Positions 38,834-48,616 of a stretch of 64,000 nt of DNA are shown here, in pieces. The stretch spans positions 203,222 through 267,221 of the forward strand of contig JAWLDA010000005.1 in NCBI GenBank assembly GCA_041686855.1, given 5' to 3'. Position numbers and translations under genes: made by a program. Under the pieces are notes generated by a model that saw nothing but the letters and a program-made list of their open reading frames with translations, ran no database searches and had not been told where the DNA came from. Source of the DNA: Limnochordia bacterium. GTDB lineage: Bacteria; Bacillota; Limnochordia; DTU080; RSA5. The first letter of the stretch is position 1. Each line of letters starts with the position of its first letter.

Positions 38834-41632
38834 ATGTCTCGCACCTTGTATATCATCGACGGTTACGCCCAAATCTTTCGGGCTTACTACGCTATTCGCG
38901 GCGGCATGCAAAGTCCCACGACGGGTGAGCCGACCCACGTCGTCTTCGGTTTCACCGGCATGTTGCTTAAGCTCTTTACGCAGCTCAAGCCCGATCTTGT
39001 CATTGTCGCATCCGACGCTCCGGGAAAGACGTTTCGTGACGAGCTGTACCACGATTACAAGGCAAACCGAGAAGCGATGCCCCAAGATCTCTCCGCGCAG
39101 ATTCCCCGAGTGATGGAGTTAGTGGAGTCATTTGGGATTCCGATCGCTTCGGTCGAAGGCTTGGAGGCCGACGACGTCATTGCGACGATCACCCGCCAAG
39201 TCCTGTCAAACCCGGAGATGGACGATGTGCGCATTCGCATTGTCTCCAAGGACAAAGACTTGGAGCAACTTCTTTGTGATCGCGTCACCCTCTACGACAT
39301 CCACAAGGACGAAGAGGTAGACGTTCGGCGCCTTTGGGAGAACAAAGGGGTCCGTCCTCACCAGGTAATTGACCTGTTGGCAATGACGGGCGACTCCGTC
39401 GACAACGTACCCGGCGTGCCCGGCATCGGCCCGAAGACGGCGGCGAAACTCATCCAGGAGTACGGTTCGATCGAGGACATCTTGGCAAATCTCGACTCGA
39501 TCAAGGGGAAGCGTCGCGAGAATCTCGAGGCGTCCAAGGAGGTGCTGGCGCTCTCCCGTGAGTTGGTTACATTGAAGGATGACGCGAGCATCGACGTGCC
39601 CTGGGAGTCCGCTCACGTCTCGTCGATCGACCTCAACCGCCTCTTGCCGCTCTTTAAGCAGCTTGGGTTCCGGCGTTATCAAGACGAAGTGCGCAAGCTC
39701 GCCGAGGCACTGGGCACGCCGGGCGACGCCATCGACGCAGCTGGCGACGGCGCGGCCGAAGACGAAGTGGCGGCTGCGACGGCAGAGGCGGTGGAGAGCG
39801 AGCCGGCTTTACCGCGGGGAGAGTACGAGGTGGTGACGACGGCGGCACGGCTCGACGAGGTCGCCCGTGCGCTCAAGTCAGCTGAAATTGTCAGCGTCGA
39901 TACAGAGACGACCGGTCTCGAGTTCGACGCAGAGCTGTGCGGTCTTAGCCTCTCCTGGGAGGTGGGGAAGGGCGTTTACGTCCCTGTCCGTTCGCCCAAT
40001 CCGAATCATCACCTCAGCCAAGAGGAGGTCCTGAGCGTCTTGGGACCGATCCTCTCCGACCCGACGATTCCCAAGTGTGGTCACAACCTGAAGTTTGACG
40101 CCCGCGTCCTTATGCGAAATGGAGTGCGCTTGCGCGGGATCCACTTTGACACGATGGTGGCGAGCGTGTTAATCGATCCGGCCCAGGCGAGCCATAAGTT
40201 GGATCAGTTGGCCCTCGACCACCTGGGATACCGGATGATTCCCATCCAGGACCTAATCGGGACCGACGACGGAGAGATCTCGATGGACGCGGTCCCCTTG
40301 GATGAGATCGCACCCTACGCTGCCGAGGACGCGGATATTAGCCTGCGCCTGTACCATCACCTCGAGGCCAAGGTGAAGGCGATGGGCCTCGATCGACTCG
40401 TCCGAGACGTGGAGGCGCCGCTCACGGCTGTGCTGGCGGAGATGGAGAACCACGGGATCGTGTGCGACCCCGATGAGCTGCAGCGCCAAGGTGATGACCT
40501 CTCGACCCGCGTCGATGCGCTGCGGACTCAGGTGTGCGAGATCGCCGGAGAAGAGTTTAACGTCGACTCCCCGTCGCAGCTGGCGGAGATCCTCTTTGAG
40601 AAGTTGGGGCTACCACCCGGCAAGCGCACCAAGACCGGCTACTCGACGGACGCGGAGGTGCTGTCCAAGCTGGCGGCTCAGGAAGATAAGAGCAACCCCG
40701 CTTCGCTCGTCCCGGGTCTCGTCTTGGAGTACCGACAACTCGGTAAATTGATCAACACGTACCTGGGGAATTTGCGCGAGTCGGTAAACCCGACGACCGG
40801 CCGGATCCACACGACGTTTCACCAACTTGTCACCGCGACCGGGCGGTTGGCGTCTCATGCGCCCAACCTGCAAAACATTCCCGTGCGCACCGATATCGGC
40901 CGGCAAATTCGCAAGGCGTTCCGGGCTCCGACAGGCTCTGTGTTGATCTGCGCTGACTATTCGCAGATTGAGCTGCGGATCCTCGCACACCTGAGCGAGG
41001 ATGAGGGCTTGGTGACGGCTTTCGAAGACGACCTCGACATCCATGCGGCCGTCGCCGCCCAGGTGTTTGGCGTCCCCGTCGACGCTGTGACGAATGAGCA
41101 GCGGACGCATGCGAAGACGATCAACTTTGGTATCATTTACGGCGTGACGCCGTACGGGCTCGCCCGCCGGATCGACGGGCTTGACGTAGGCAGCGCCGCC
41201 CGCCTCATTGACGATTACAAGGCGCGCTTCCCTAAGATTGACACGTTTTTGCAGTCGTGCATCCAGCACGCCCTCGAGTACGGGTACGTCGTCACGATGA
41301 TGGGGCGTAGGCGGGAGATCCCCGAGATTCAAGCGAGCAACCGAGTGCGGCGGAGTCTAGGAGAACGCTTGGCGATCAACTCCGTCGTACAGGGGAGCGC
41401 CGCCGACCTGATCAAGATTGCCATGGTGAACGTGCAACGCCGCATCGACACCGACGCGCTGCCGATGAAGCTGCTGCTACAGATTCATGACGAGTTGATC
41501 TTTGAGGCGCCGAGCGCAGACGCCGACGCATGTGCCCAGGTGGTGCGAGAAGAGATGGAACAGGCACTGTCGCTGCGGGTGCCGCTCAAGGCGGAGGCCG
41601 GGTTTGGAGAGGACTGGATGAGCGCTAAGTGA
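38834..41632 (+). CDS. polA: DNA polymerase I
   Basis: 5'-3' exonuclease N-terminus (LYIIDGYAQIFRAYYA), a 3'-5' exonuclease-like region, and polymerase motifs A (DYSQIELR), B (RRxxKxxNFGxxYG) and C (QIHDE). ATG at 38834 follows GGAGGTTGG. Confidence 0.9.
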   Translation: MSRTLYIIDGYAQIFRAYYAIRGGMQSPTTGEPTHVVFGFTGMLLKLFTQLKPDLVIVASDAPGKTFRDELYHDYKANREAMPQDLSAQIPRVMELVESFGIPIASVEGLEADDVIATITRQVLSNPEMDDVRIRIVSKDKDLEQLLCDRVTLYDIHKDEEVDVRRLWENKGVRPHQVIDLLAMTGDSVDNVPGVPGIGPKTAAKLIQEYGSIEDILANLDSIKGKRRENLEASKEVLALSRELVTLKDDASIDVPWESAHVSSIDLNRLLPLFKQLGFRRYQDEVRKLAEALGTPGDAIDAAGDGAAEDEVAAATAEAVESEPALPRGEYEVVTTAARLDEVARALKSAEIVSVDTETTGLEFDAELCGLSLSWEVGKGVYVPVRSPNPNHHLSQEEVLSVLGPILSDPTIPKCGHNLKFDARVLMRNGVRLRGIHFDTMVASVLIDPAQASHKLDQLALDHLGYRMIPIQDLIGTDDGEISMDAVPLDEIAPYAAEDADISLRLYHHLEAKVKAMGLDRLVRDVEAPLTAVLAEMENHGIVCDPDELQRQGDDLSTRVDALRTQVCEIAGEEFNVDSPSQLAEILFEKLGLPPGKRTKTGYSTDAEVLSKLAAQEDKSNPASLVPGLVLEYRQLGKLINTYLGNLRESVNPTTGRIHTTFHQLVTATGRLASHAPNLQNIPVRTDIGRQIRKAFRAPTGSVLICADYSQIELRILAHLSEDEGLVTAFEDDLDIHAAVAAQVFGVPVDAVTNEQRTHAKTINFGIIYGVTPYGLARRIDGLDVGSAARLIDDYKARFPKIDTFLQSCIQHALEYGYVVTMMGRRREIPEIQASNRVRRSLGERLAINSVVQGSAADLIKIAMVNVQRRIDTDALPMKLLLQIHDELIFEAPSADADACAQVVREEMEQALSLRVPLKAEAGFGEDWMSAK

Positions 41633-42474
41633 GCGGGAGCGATGACGGGGGCGTTCACGTACGAATGACAACGCCCAAGAGTCTCCTCAACAAGGGGACG
41701 GGCTTCCTCTCGGAGTACACACACACGCTGAATCCGTATGCCGGTTGCGTCTACGGATGCTCGTACTGTTATGTGAGACAGATGCCTGTGGCCCTCTTTC
41801 GCCAGGAGGAGTGGGGGCGTTGGGTCGATGTCAAGACGACGGCTGCCCAGCGCCTCGCCAACGAGCTGCGCCGAGCGCTGGCAAAGGGGCGCGTGACGAT
41901 CTTTATGGCCTCGAGCACCGATCCGTATCAGCCGATCGAGCATCGCGCCAGGGTGACGCGCTCGCTCCTCGAGGTGATGGTCGAGCAACCACCCGATTTT
42001 TTGCTCGTGCAGACTCGCAGTCCTTTGGTACGGCGGGATATCGATTTGCTGCAGCGTTTAGGAGAGCGAGTACGTGTGAGCGTGACCGTGGAGACGGATC
42101 GAGAGGAGATGCGCAAACACTTCACGCCCCACGCCCCGCCGATTGCGGCCCGGCTGAGTGCGCTCAGCGCTCTGGCGGAGGCTGGAGTACCAACGCAGGC
42201 GAGCGTCGCGCCCGTTCTCCCAAGTACAGAGCGTTTCGGGCAGGTGCTCGCGCAGTGCGTCTCGCGGGTGTGCATTGACGATTACTTTATGGGAGACGGC
42301 AGCGGTGGGCGGCGGACCCACGCGCTCGGCATCAAGCGGTTGTACGAGGAGCTCGGACTGGAAGAGTGGTACCATCCCGCAGCCTATCGCAGGGTGTACG
42401 AGAGGCTGCGGGCGGTGTTTCCTAAAGGAAGCGTGTGGCTGAGCCGAGAGGGGTTTGGCCCCAGGGGGCAATAA
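41629..42474 (+). CDS. Radical SAM protein, SplB-like (COG1533 DNA repair photolyase family)
   Basis: CxxxCxxC cluster motif GCVYGCSYCY. The GTG start overlaps the polA stop (GTGA). An alternative ATG lies at 41665. Confidence 0.65.
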   Translation: MSGSDDGGVHVRMTTPKSLLNKGTGFLSEYTHTLNPYAGCVYGCSYCYVRQMPVALFRQEEWGRWVDVKTTAAQRLANELRRALAKGRVTIFMASSTDPYQPIEHRARVTRSLLEVMVEQPPDFLLVQTRSPLVRRDIDLLQRLGERVRVSVTVETDREEMRKHFTPHAPPIAARLSALSALAEAGVPTQASVAPVLPSTERFGQVLAQCVSRVCIDDYFMGDGSGGRRTHALGIKRLYEELGLEEWYHPAAYRRVYERLRAVFPKGSVWLSREGFGPRGQ

Positions 42475-42481
42475 ACCTCCA

Positions 42482-42967
42482 TCAAACCTCCATCTCGAGG
42501 AGCTCGCGGCTTTGGTGGTCGAGTTGGTTGATGTCGACGATTTCGTAGCGGTTGCCGTCGACATCGGTCACGACGACGTGGCGATCGTTTAACCAGCGGA
42601 TGTCTCGTTGGCGACTCCGCACTTCAAAGGTGCGTGCACCTTTGTCGGTCTGCACGGTCCACTCCATCATGCGAAACTGATCGTCGATCTTCTCGATCTT
42701 GGTGATACGCGGGAGGAAGTAGCTCTCTTCGAGCTCCTCCTCGAGGATCTTGAGCGAGTCGGGGTCCAGGCGCTTGTAGTTGCGCAGGAGGCCCACAAAC
42801 TCGCGCTCCTCATTGGAGATGATGACGAAGTCGTCAGGAGTGGTGAGAGGAAAGGCCCAATTTACCCAGATCGGACCCTCCTTCCCCTTTGCAGTCTGCA
42901 TGTAAAGCTTCTGGTCGGTCCCGCGAGTAATCGTAACGTCTCGGGGTGAGAGCACTCGCTGTTCCAT
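42482..42967 (-). CDS. Small conserved protein, DUF1854-like, commonly adjacent to ABC exporters
   Basis: 161-aa soluble protein immediately downstream of the ABC exporter on the same strand. The family assignment is from memory. Confidence 0.4.
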   Translation of the reverse strand: MEQRVLSPRDVTITRGTDQKLYMQTAKGKEGPIWVNWAFPLTTPDDFVIISNEEREFVGLLRNYKRLDPDSLKILEEELEESYFLPRITKIEKIDDQFRMMEWTVQTDKGARTFEVRSRQRDIRWLNDRHVVVTDVDGNRYEIVDINQLDHQSRELLEMEV

Positions 42968-42999
42968 TCTGGTTCGACTCCTCTAGTGTACTGCTACCC

Positions 43000-45294
43000 T
43001 TAGACAGCCTTTTGTTCGCTAATCTCCTGCTGCATCCGGACCAGTCGGGCAAAGACTCCGTCCTGCTTGATCAGCTCCTCGTGCGTTCCCATCTCCACCA
43101 GTTTGCCGTGCTCGATCACGAGCAGCCGATCGGCGTTTTTGAGGGTCGAGAGTCGGTGCGCGATGGCGATCGTTGTACGATTTTGTACGAGACGCTCGAT
43201 GGCCTGCTGAATGAGTGTCTCTGTCTGCGTGTCGACCGCCGAGGTGGCCTCATCAAGGATAAGGATCTTTGGATTCTTGAGAATGGCCCGGGCAATGGAG
43301 ATCCGCTGCTTTTGACCGCCTGAGAGGCGCAAGCCGCGCTCACCGGTGTGCGTGTCGTAGGCGTCAGGGAAGCCCATGATGAAGTCGTGTGCGTTGGCAG
43401 CGTTGGCGGCCCAGATGATCTCCTCCCGCGAGACGTCGGGGACACCGTAGGCGATGTTGTCCGCAATGGTGCCATGGAAGAGGAGTGGCTCTTGCAATAC
43501 GACGCCGATCTGACTGCGCAGCGACTTAAGGTCAAGGTCGCGCACGTCGTGACCGTCGATCTTGAGTTTGCCTCCGGTTACGTCGTAGAGCCGGGGGATT
43601 AAGTTGGCCATCGTCGTCTTACCCGATCCCGATGGGCCGACGAGGCCGATCATCTCACCCGGTTTGATGTCTACGGTGATCCCTGAGAGGACCGGTTCGG
43701 TGTCGTAGGCGAAGTGTACGTCCTCAAACGTGATGCGGCCCTCGATCTTGTCAACCGTGATCTCCTTGCCCTTAGGTTTCGCTTCGGGCTCGGTGTCGAG
43801 GATCTCAAAGACGCGCTCGGCTGCGGTGGCCGCCTCCTGAACCACGTCGGTGAAGCCGGCGATTTGGCGCAGCGGGTTGTAGAACTGGTTGACGTAGTAG
43901 AGGAAGGCGACGAGGTCACCTACCGACAACTCTCCCGTGCCGATGACCAGATACCCGCCGAAGCCCCAGATAATCAAGGTGCCTGTCGACGTGACAAACT
44001 CAAGGAACGGGTTGAAGACGCTACGGTATTTGGCCACGTCGATGTGACGGTCAAACACCTGGTTGCTGCGGTGGTCGAACTTATCGATCTCGCGCCGCTC
44101 CTGGGCGAACGACTTAACCACTTTAATGCCGGGGATGGAGTCGGCCAAGACGGAGTTCATCAGGGCGATGCGAATCCAAACTCGCCGGTAGATGCGGCGT
44201 ACGCGGCGGGTGAAGTGGTTGATCCCGAGCATGATGAACGGCATCGGAATGAGTGTGACGAGCGCCAGCTTCCAATTGTACACGAAGAGGACGGTGGCGA
44301 CACCGACGAGCATGACGCCTTGGAAGATGACGTTCTGGGCGCTCGAGACGACGAAGCGCTGAATTTGTTGCGTGTCGTTGGTCGCACGGGACATGATCGC
44401 TCCAGTGCGGACGCTGTCGTAAAAGTTCATCCCCAGGTACTGCAGGTGGTGGAAGACTTCAGATCGTAGATCGCGTACGATTCGCTGTCCTAACCACGTC
44501 ATCAGGTACTGCCGGAATCCGGAGATAAAGGCACGTATCACAAAGACGACGCCGAGGATCGTAACGAATCCCCACAGGGCGCTCATGCGTCCTGGGTAGA
44601 GGACGTCGTCGACGAGGCGTCCCGTAAGGTACGGCTGCACCATTTGGAGGACGCCGCCGAAGAAAAGCAACAGCAGAGAGAGGGCGACGTGTCTCCAATA
44701 CGGCTTGACGTAGAGAAGCACCCGAAGGAGCAGTTTGGACTGTTGTATACAGTGTGGACAGTAGGAGTCCCGAATGGCCCGCCCGCACTTGGGACAGCGG
44801 TTGGTGTTTGACCGCTCGTTCGATTGGCGCCGCAGTCCAAGTTCGCGCTCGTTCCCGGACTCTTCACGCTGGGGGAGCGTGTGTACTTTCTCGTTCACCC
44901 ACTTCTCGATGGCGACGCGCGCCTCTTCGAAGTCGTGGGCGAAAGTACGTGAGAAACGTACTAGTTTGATTCGTTCGGAGCCTGTCACGATCATCAGGAC
45001 GCCGTTGCCGACGAAGTGGTCGATGTCGACTCCTTGCACGCTATCCAGAGGGACTTCGAGCCTCGGTGAGGAGTCTCCGTCATAAATAGAAAAGACCCTC
45101 CGACTTGTGAGGATCAGCCACCCCCTTGCATAGGCCCCGTCCAGCGTCATGTCCGTCACGGTGACATGCTCAATCTCTTCGCCTTGGGAGAGGGTGTGTC
45201 CGAATAACTCACGAGCCTGGGTCGTGCGTTCCGCTAACTCCGGTTGCCGTTTTAAGTAGGGGTCGGACTCCGAAGTCATAGCCACATTCAACAT
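43000..45294 (-). CDS. ABC exporter (TMD-NBD) with an N-terminal bacterial PH/GRAM-like domain and a zinc ribbon
   Basis: N-terminal about 190 aa (WLILTSRRVFSIYDG...IKLVRF) then CPKCGR...CPHC. Six TM helices, Walker [18 protein letters not shown] and Walker B follow. Confidence 0.8.
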   Translation of the reverse strand: MLNVAMTSESDPYLKRQPELAERTTQARELFGHTLSQGEEIEHVTVTDMTLDGAYARGWLILTSRRVFSIYDGDSSPRLEVPLDSVQGVDIDHFVGNGVLMIVTGSERIKLVRFSRTFAHDFEEARVAIEKWVNEKVHTLPQREESGNERELGLRRQSNERSNTNRCPKCGRAIRDSYCPHCIQQSKLLLRVLLYVKPYWRHVALSLLLLFFGGVLQMVQPYLTGRLVDDVLYPGRMSALWGFVTILGVVFVIRAFISGFRQYLMTWLGQRIVRDLRSEVFHHLQYLGMNFYDSVRTGAIMSRATNDTQQIQRFVVSSAQNVIFQGVMLVGVATVLFVYNWKLALVTLIPMPFIMLGINHFTRRVRRIYRRVWIRIALMNSVLADSIPGIKVVKSFAQERREIDKFDHRSNQVFDRHIDVAKYRSVFNPFLEFVTSTGTLIIWGFGGYLVIGTGELSVGDLVAFLYYVNQFYNPLRQIAGFTDVVQEAATAAERVFEILDTEPEAKPKGKEITVDKIEGRITFEDVHFAYDTEPVLSGITVDIKPGEMIGLVGPSGSGKTTMANLIPRLYDVTGGKLKIDGHDVRDLDLKSLRSQIGVVLQEPLLFHGTIADNIAYGVPDVSREEIIWAANAANAHDFIMGFPDAYDTHTGERGLRLSGGQKQRISIARAILKNPKILILDEATSAVDTQTETLIQQAIERLVQNRTTIAIAHRLSTLKNADRLLVIEHGKLVEMGTHEELIKQDGVFARLVRMQQEISEQKAV

Positions 45295-45424
45295 CCTTCC
45301 TGAAGCAAACCTCGGTAAGGTGTTCGTTGTTCCTGGACATTATGAGTCATGTTACCAGCGTAGTCAAGTGCTGGAAGCACAGAACAGTGAATACTTTTTT
45401 GCCTTGGTGGAAAGGAATAATTAG

Positions 45425-46822
45425 CTACGCATTCTTTAGTCTCCTTCGCATAAGCACAACGACGGCGCCTGTGTCAAGCACAGCCGTGAGTATGTAATCG
45501 GCCACAACAGCCCAAAGCGCTCCAACGATCCCCCATTTGGGGTCCCCGACCAACACAAAGATGAGTCCGAGGCGTACGACGTTTCCGATGACGGTGTTGA
45601 CCATGGCGACGCCCGTGCGACCCAATCCGTAGAGAATCCCTGCGGCTACGTGACCGACGTACACAAATGGAGCGGCGACGGCGAGTGGCGCGATGAGGAC
45701 GCCCAGCCCGCTCGTGCTGTACAAAAGGACGCCGAGCTCCTCTCCGTAGTTCCAAAAGGCAAAGGCTGAGACGCCGGCCACCGCGATCGCGACGGAGAAA
45801 CACTTGGTCAGAAGGTTGCGCACCGAGTGCAGCTTCCCTTCGGCGAGGCGCCGGGCGACGGCGGGGATGGCGGCGTGAGCGATCGGGTGAACGGCGACCA
45901 TCGGCATGTAAAGCATCGGCAGGACCATGCCAAACAGGCGTCCGTAGACAATGGTCGCTTCGGTCGAATCCAATCCCGCCGTGAGAAGCTGCCGGGGAAT
46001 GAGCGCAACGTTAAACATGCCGAGAACGCCGTTGATGAGCCCCGAGAGGAGGACGGGGGCGGCGACGGCGCTCAAAGCGCCTGCCACCGGAACTGCCGTC
46101 GGAATCCATCGCTGCCAGCGCTTGCGTGCCTTGGTCGAGGCCCTCCCTCTCCTCGTGGAGGGTCGGGTGTCGACGGGATCGCTTCGCCATGATTTGCGCA
46201 CGCACCAAGCTAAGTAAGCGAGAGAGAGAACCTCGCCGACGACAAGACCGCCCGCAATACCGCCGGCCTGCCAAGCGGCTCCCCACGGCATCAACCATGC
46301 CACTAAAAAGAGGACGATGGGCACGCGGCTCGTCGCCTCAATCACACTGGAGATGGCGACGGGGGTGAGGCGTTCTTGTCCTTGCAACACGCCGCGCAGA
46401 CTGTGTGAGAGTGCAGCAGGAATTAACAATAGCGGAAAGATGGCGAGCGTGACGATGGTCCGAGGATCTGTGAGAAAGTGATTGGCAAACAGGTTGCGTG
46501 TGCCAAAGAGGAAGAGGGCGGCCAACAGCGCGGTACACAACGTAAGCGCCAGCCCGACCCGACCGTATGTACGTGCGGCGACGCGATCCCGAGAGCCGAG
46601 GGCGTCGGCGCTGAGCCGGGCGATCCCGACGTAGAGACCCGCGGTGGCCAGTGTCCAAGCGACACGGTAGACGGGCCATGTCATTTGGAGGAGTCCGATC
46701 ACCTCTTCGCCGGCGGTGCGCACCAGGAGGACTCGATAAGCGGTACCAATGACGCGGTTGGCGACGCCGGCCAAAAAGAGGGCGGCAGCCCCTGCTAGAA
46801 GCGGTCTTTTGCGCAAATCCAA
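45425..46822 (-). CDS. MOP-superfamily flippase (polysaccharide biosynthesis protein; SpoVB/MurJ-like)
   Basis: The N-terminus RVIGTAYRVLLVRTAGEEVIGLLQM matches the SpoVB/Wzx-type signature. About 12-14 TM helices. Confidence 0.6.
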   Translation of the reverse strand: MDLRKRPLLAGAAALFLAGVANRVIGTAYRVLLVRTAGEEVIGLLQMTWPVYRVAWTLATAGLYVGIARLSADALGSRDRVAARTYGRVGLALTLCTALLAALFLFGTRNLFANHFLTDPRTIVTLAIFPLLLIPAALSHSLRGVLQGQERLTPVAISSVIEATSRVPIVLFLVAWLMPWGAAWQAGGIAGGLVVGEVLSLAYLAWCVRKSWRSDPVDTRPSTRRGRASTKARKRWQRWIPTAVPVAGALSAVAAPVLLSGLINGVLGMFNVALIPRQLLTAGLDSTEATIVYGRLFGMVLPMLYMPMVAVHPIAHAAIPAVARRLAEGKLHSVRNLLTKCFSVAIAVAGVSAFAFWNYGEELGVLLYSTSGLGVLIAPLAVAAPFVYVGHVAAGILYGLGRTGVAMVNTVIGNVVRLGLIFVLVGDPKWGIVGALWAVVADYILTAVLDTGAVVVLMRRRLKNA

Positions 46823-46827
46823 CGTTA

Positions 46828-46873
46828 AACGCGCCCCCCATCCCTTGCAGGTTATGGGGACGAGGGGCGCGTT
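46828..46873. other. Strong nested GC hairpin (AACGCGCCCC ... GGGGCGCGTT)
   Basis: 10-bp outer stem with inner CCCCAT/ATGGGG pairing. It sits between the flippase start and the DUF3105 gene end. It may be a terminator or regulatory structure. Confidence 0.35.
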
Positions 46874-46912
46874 AGAACGGCCACCGATGTGCTTTCATCA
46901 TACGGTCTATTG

Positions 46913-47491
46913 CTAGCGTACTGGATTCTCCGGACCGCGGCCGCGAAAGGCATCGCTAAAGGCGTCCAACGCCTCGCGCTCGAGTGAGTCGAGTGGGAGC
47001 AGATGGCGCCAGGCGGCAAGGACGTACGGGTGATCCATGTTAGGGCGAGGCACCGCGATGATGGCGTCCCACTGCCCTGTATACGATTTGGTCAGCGTCG
47101 AGAGGTACGCTTCGTCCTCAGGTGTCAGATTCTCCGGGCGGTAAAAGACGACGATGTGCCCGTGTTCGAGGTTGTGCACGACGAGCTCGTCGTCGATCGG
47201 CTGGTAGTAAAAGCCTGGAGGCGCCCAACGTGCGTAGTGAGCGCCGGAGTTGGGCGGATCAGTCTTGTAGGTGACCTGTTCTCCGACCGCAACGTGGGTT
47301 GCCCCTTCGGATGCGTACACTTGGACGCGGTCGGCAATGACGTCTGGAAGCCCGCGCACTTGCGAGTCATACCAATAGGCGGCCCCGAGAACGAGGACGA
47401 CGACGATGCCTACAATAATGTAGGTTTTGTTTCGCTTTTGATTGCGACGTGCGGTAGCGGCTTGTCGCCGCGAGGAGCGCGGGGTGCTCAT
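46913..47491 (-). CDS. DUF3105-like membrane-anchored protein
   Basis: N-terminal TM helix and a conserved HNLEHGH segment. The family assignment is from memory. Confidence 0.45.
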   Translation of the reverse strand: MSTPRSSRRQAATARRNQKRNKTYIIVGIVVVLVLGAAYWYDSQVRGLPDVIADRVQVYASEGATHVAVGEQVTYKTDPPNSGAHYARWAPPGFYYQPIDDELVVHNLEHGHIVVFYRPENLTPEDEAYLSTLTKSYTGQWDAIIAVPRPNMDHPYVLAAWRHLLPLDSLEREALDAFSDAFRGRGPENPVR

Positions 47492-47500
47492 CGTTTCCGA

Positions 47501-48031
47501 TCAAACCCTTTCGTCAAGAATTTCAAGGAGGTAATTCTCCATCTCTGCGCCGGAGAGTTGTCCGATGTGTCGTGAACGAATCACTCCGCGCCGATCGATA
47601 AAGATACTGGTTGGCATAGCCCGCACGAGGTACGAGCGTCCTACCTCCCCCTTGTGATCGAGGTAAATGGGGAACGTATAATCAAAATCCTCAAGGTAAC
47701 GAACGACCGTCTGTCTCGGTTCGTCCGAAATGGCTACAACGTGAAAGGCGCCGGCGTGTTCTTCGTAGAGAGCCTGAATCTCCGGCATCTCCTCGAGGCA
47801 GGGCAGGCACCACGTCGCCCAAAAGTTTATGAATACAGGTTTGCCTTGCAAAGACGCCAAGTCGACGGCGTCACCCGAGGATAGCTCTGTCACCGTGAAA
47901 TTGGGGGCGCGCTCTCCTTCAAACGTGCCGACAGCGGGTTGGCCGAAGTACCACAGGACCAAGGCGATGCCTGCCACTACCGCCCCCCACAAAAACCAGG
48001 TTGCGCGCGCTCTCCCTTTTTCAACGCTCAT
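47501..48031 (-). CDS. TlpA/ResA-family thiol:disulfide oxidoreductase
   Basis: WATWCLPC thioredoxin active site with an N-terminal TM anchor. Confidence 0.75.
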   Translation of the reverse strand: MSVEKGRARATWFLWGAVVAGIALVLWYFGQPAVGTFEGERAPNFTVTELSSGDAVDLASLQGKPVFINFWATWCLPCLEEMPEIQALYEEHAGAFHVVAISDEPRQTVVRYLEDFDYTFPIYLDHKGEVGRSYLVRAMPTSIFIDRRGVIRSRHIGQLSGAEMENYLLEILDERV

Positions 48032-48184
48032 GCGAGTCGTACCTCCTGCTCGAGTGGGTAAAGATCGCTGTTAACCTTTGGTGAAGCACCTTTCACACAT
48101 TCTTCACATTTCCTGCAGAGCGTGAACGGGCATTTGTGTTATGCTAAGGGCGAAAACTACGAAAGAGGCGTGAGTGGTGCATCT

Positions 48185-48616
48185 ATGAGTCTCTCAAAAC
48201 GGACCATCATAGCGCTTGTCCTGGTCGTCGGAGGTCTCGTCTATCTTATTTCGTCGGCCGTCTCCAACACAACCATGTATTATGTGACAGTCGAGGAGGC
48301 GCTTGCCAAAGGCGTCGACGCTGACAAGGGGATGCGGATCCAAGGGAACGTCGTGGGAGAGAGCATCAATTGGCAGCCGCGGGAGCTCTTGTTGCGCTTT
48401 GCGGTGGCCGGAGAGAGCGGCGAGAGTATCAAGGCCGTCTATCACGGACCTCGCCCGGACAACTTCACCGCGGATGCCCCAGCGATCCTTGAGGGGCGTT
48501 TCGGTACTGACGGTGTCTTTCAAGTCGAAAAGTTGATGCTCGCCTGTCCGTCCCGCTTCGAGGCGGAAGGGGCCGAACACCCCGGCACGATGGAGTTCCA
48601 GTACGTCGGTGAGTGA
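48185..48616 (+). CDS. ccmE: Cytochrome c maturation heme chaperone CcmE (variant heme-binding motif)
   Basis: N-terminal TM anchor and OB-fold, plus gene context with ccmABCD. At the aligned position the canonical LAKHDENY is replaced by LACPSRFE. Confidence 0.7.
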   Translation: MSLSKRTIIALVLVVGGLVYLISSAVSNTTMYYVTVEEALAKGVDADKGMRIQGNVVGESINWQPRELLLRFAVAGESGESIKAVYHGPRPDNFTADAPAILEGRFGTDGVFQVEKLMLACPSRFEAEGAEHPGTMEFQYVGE

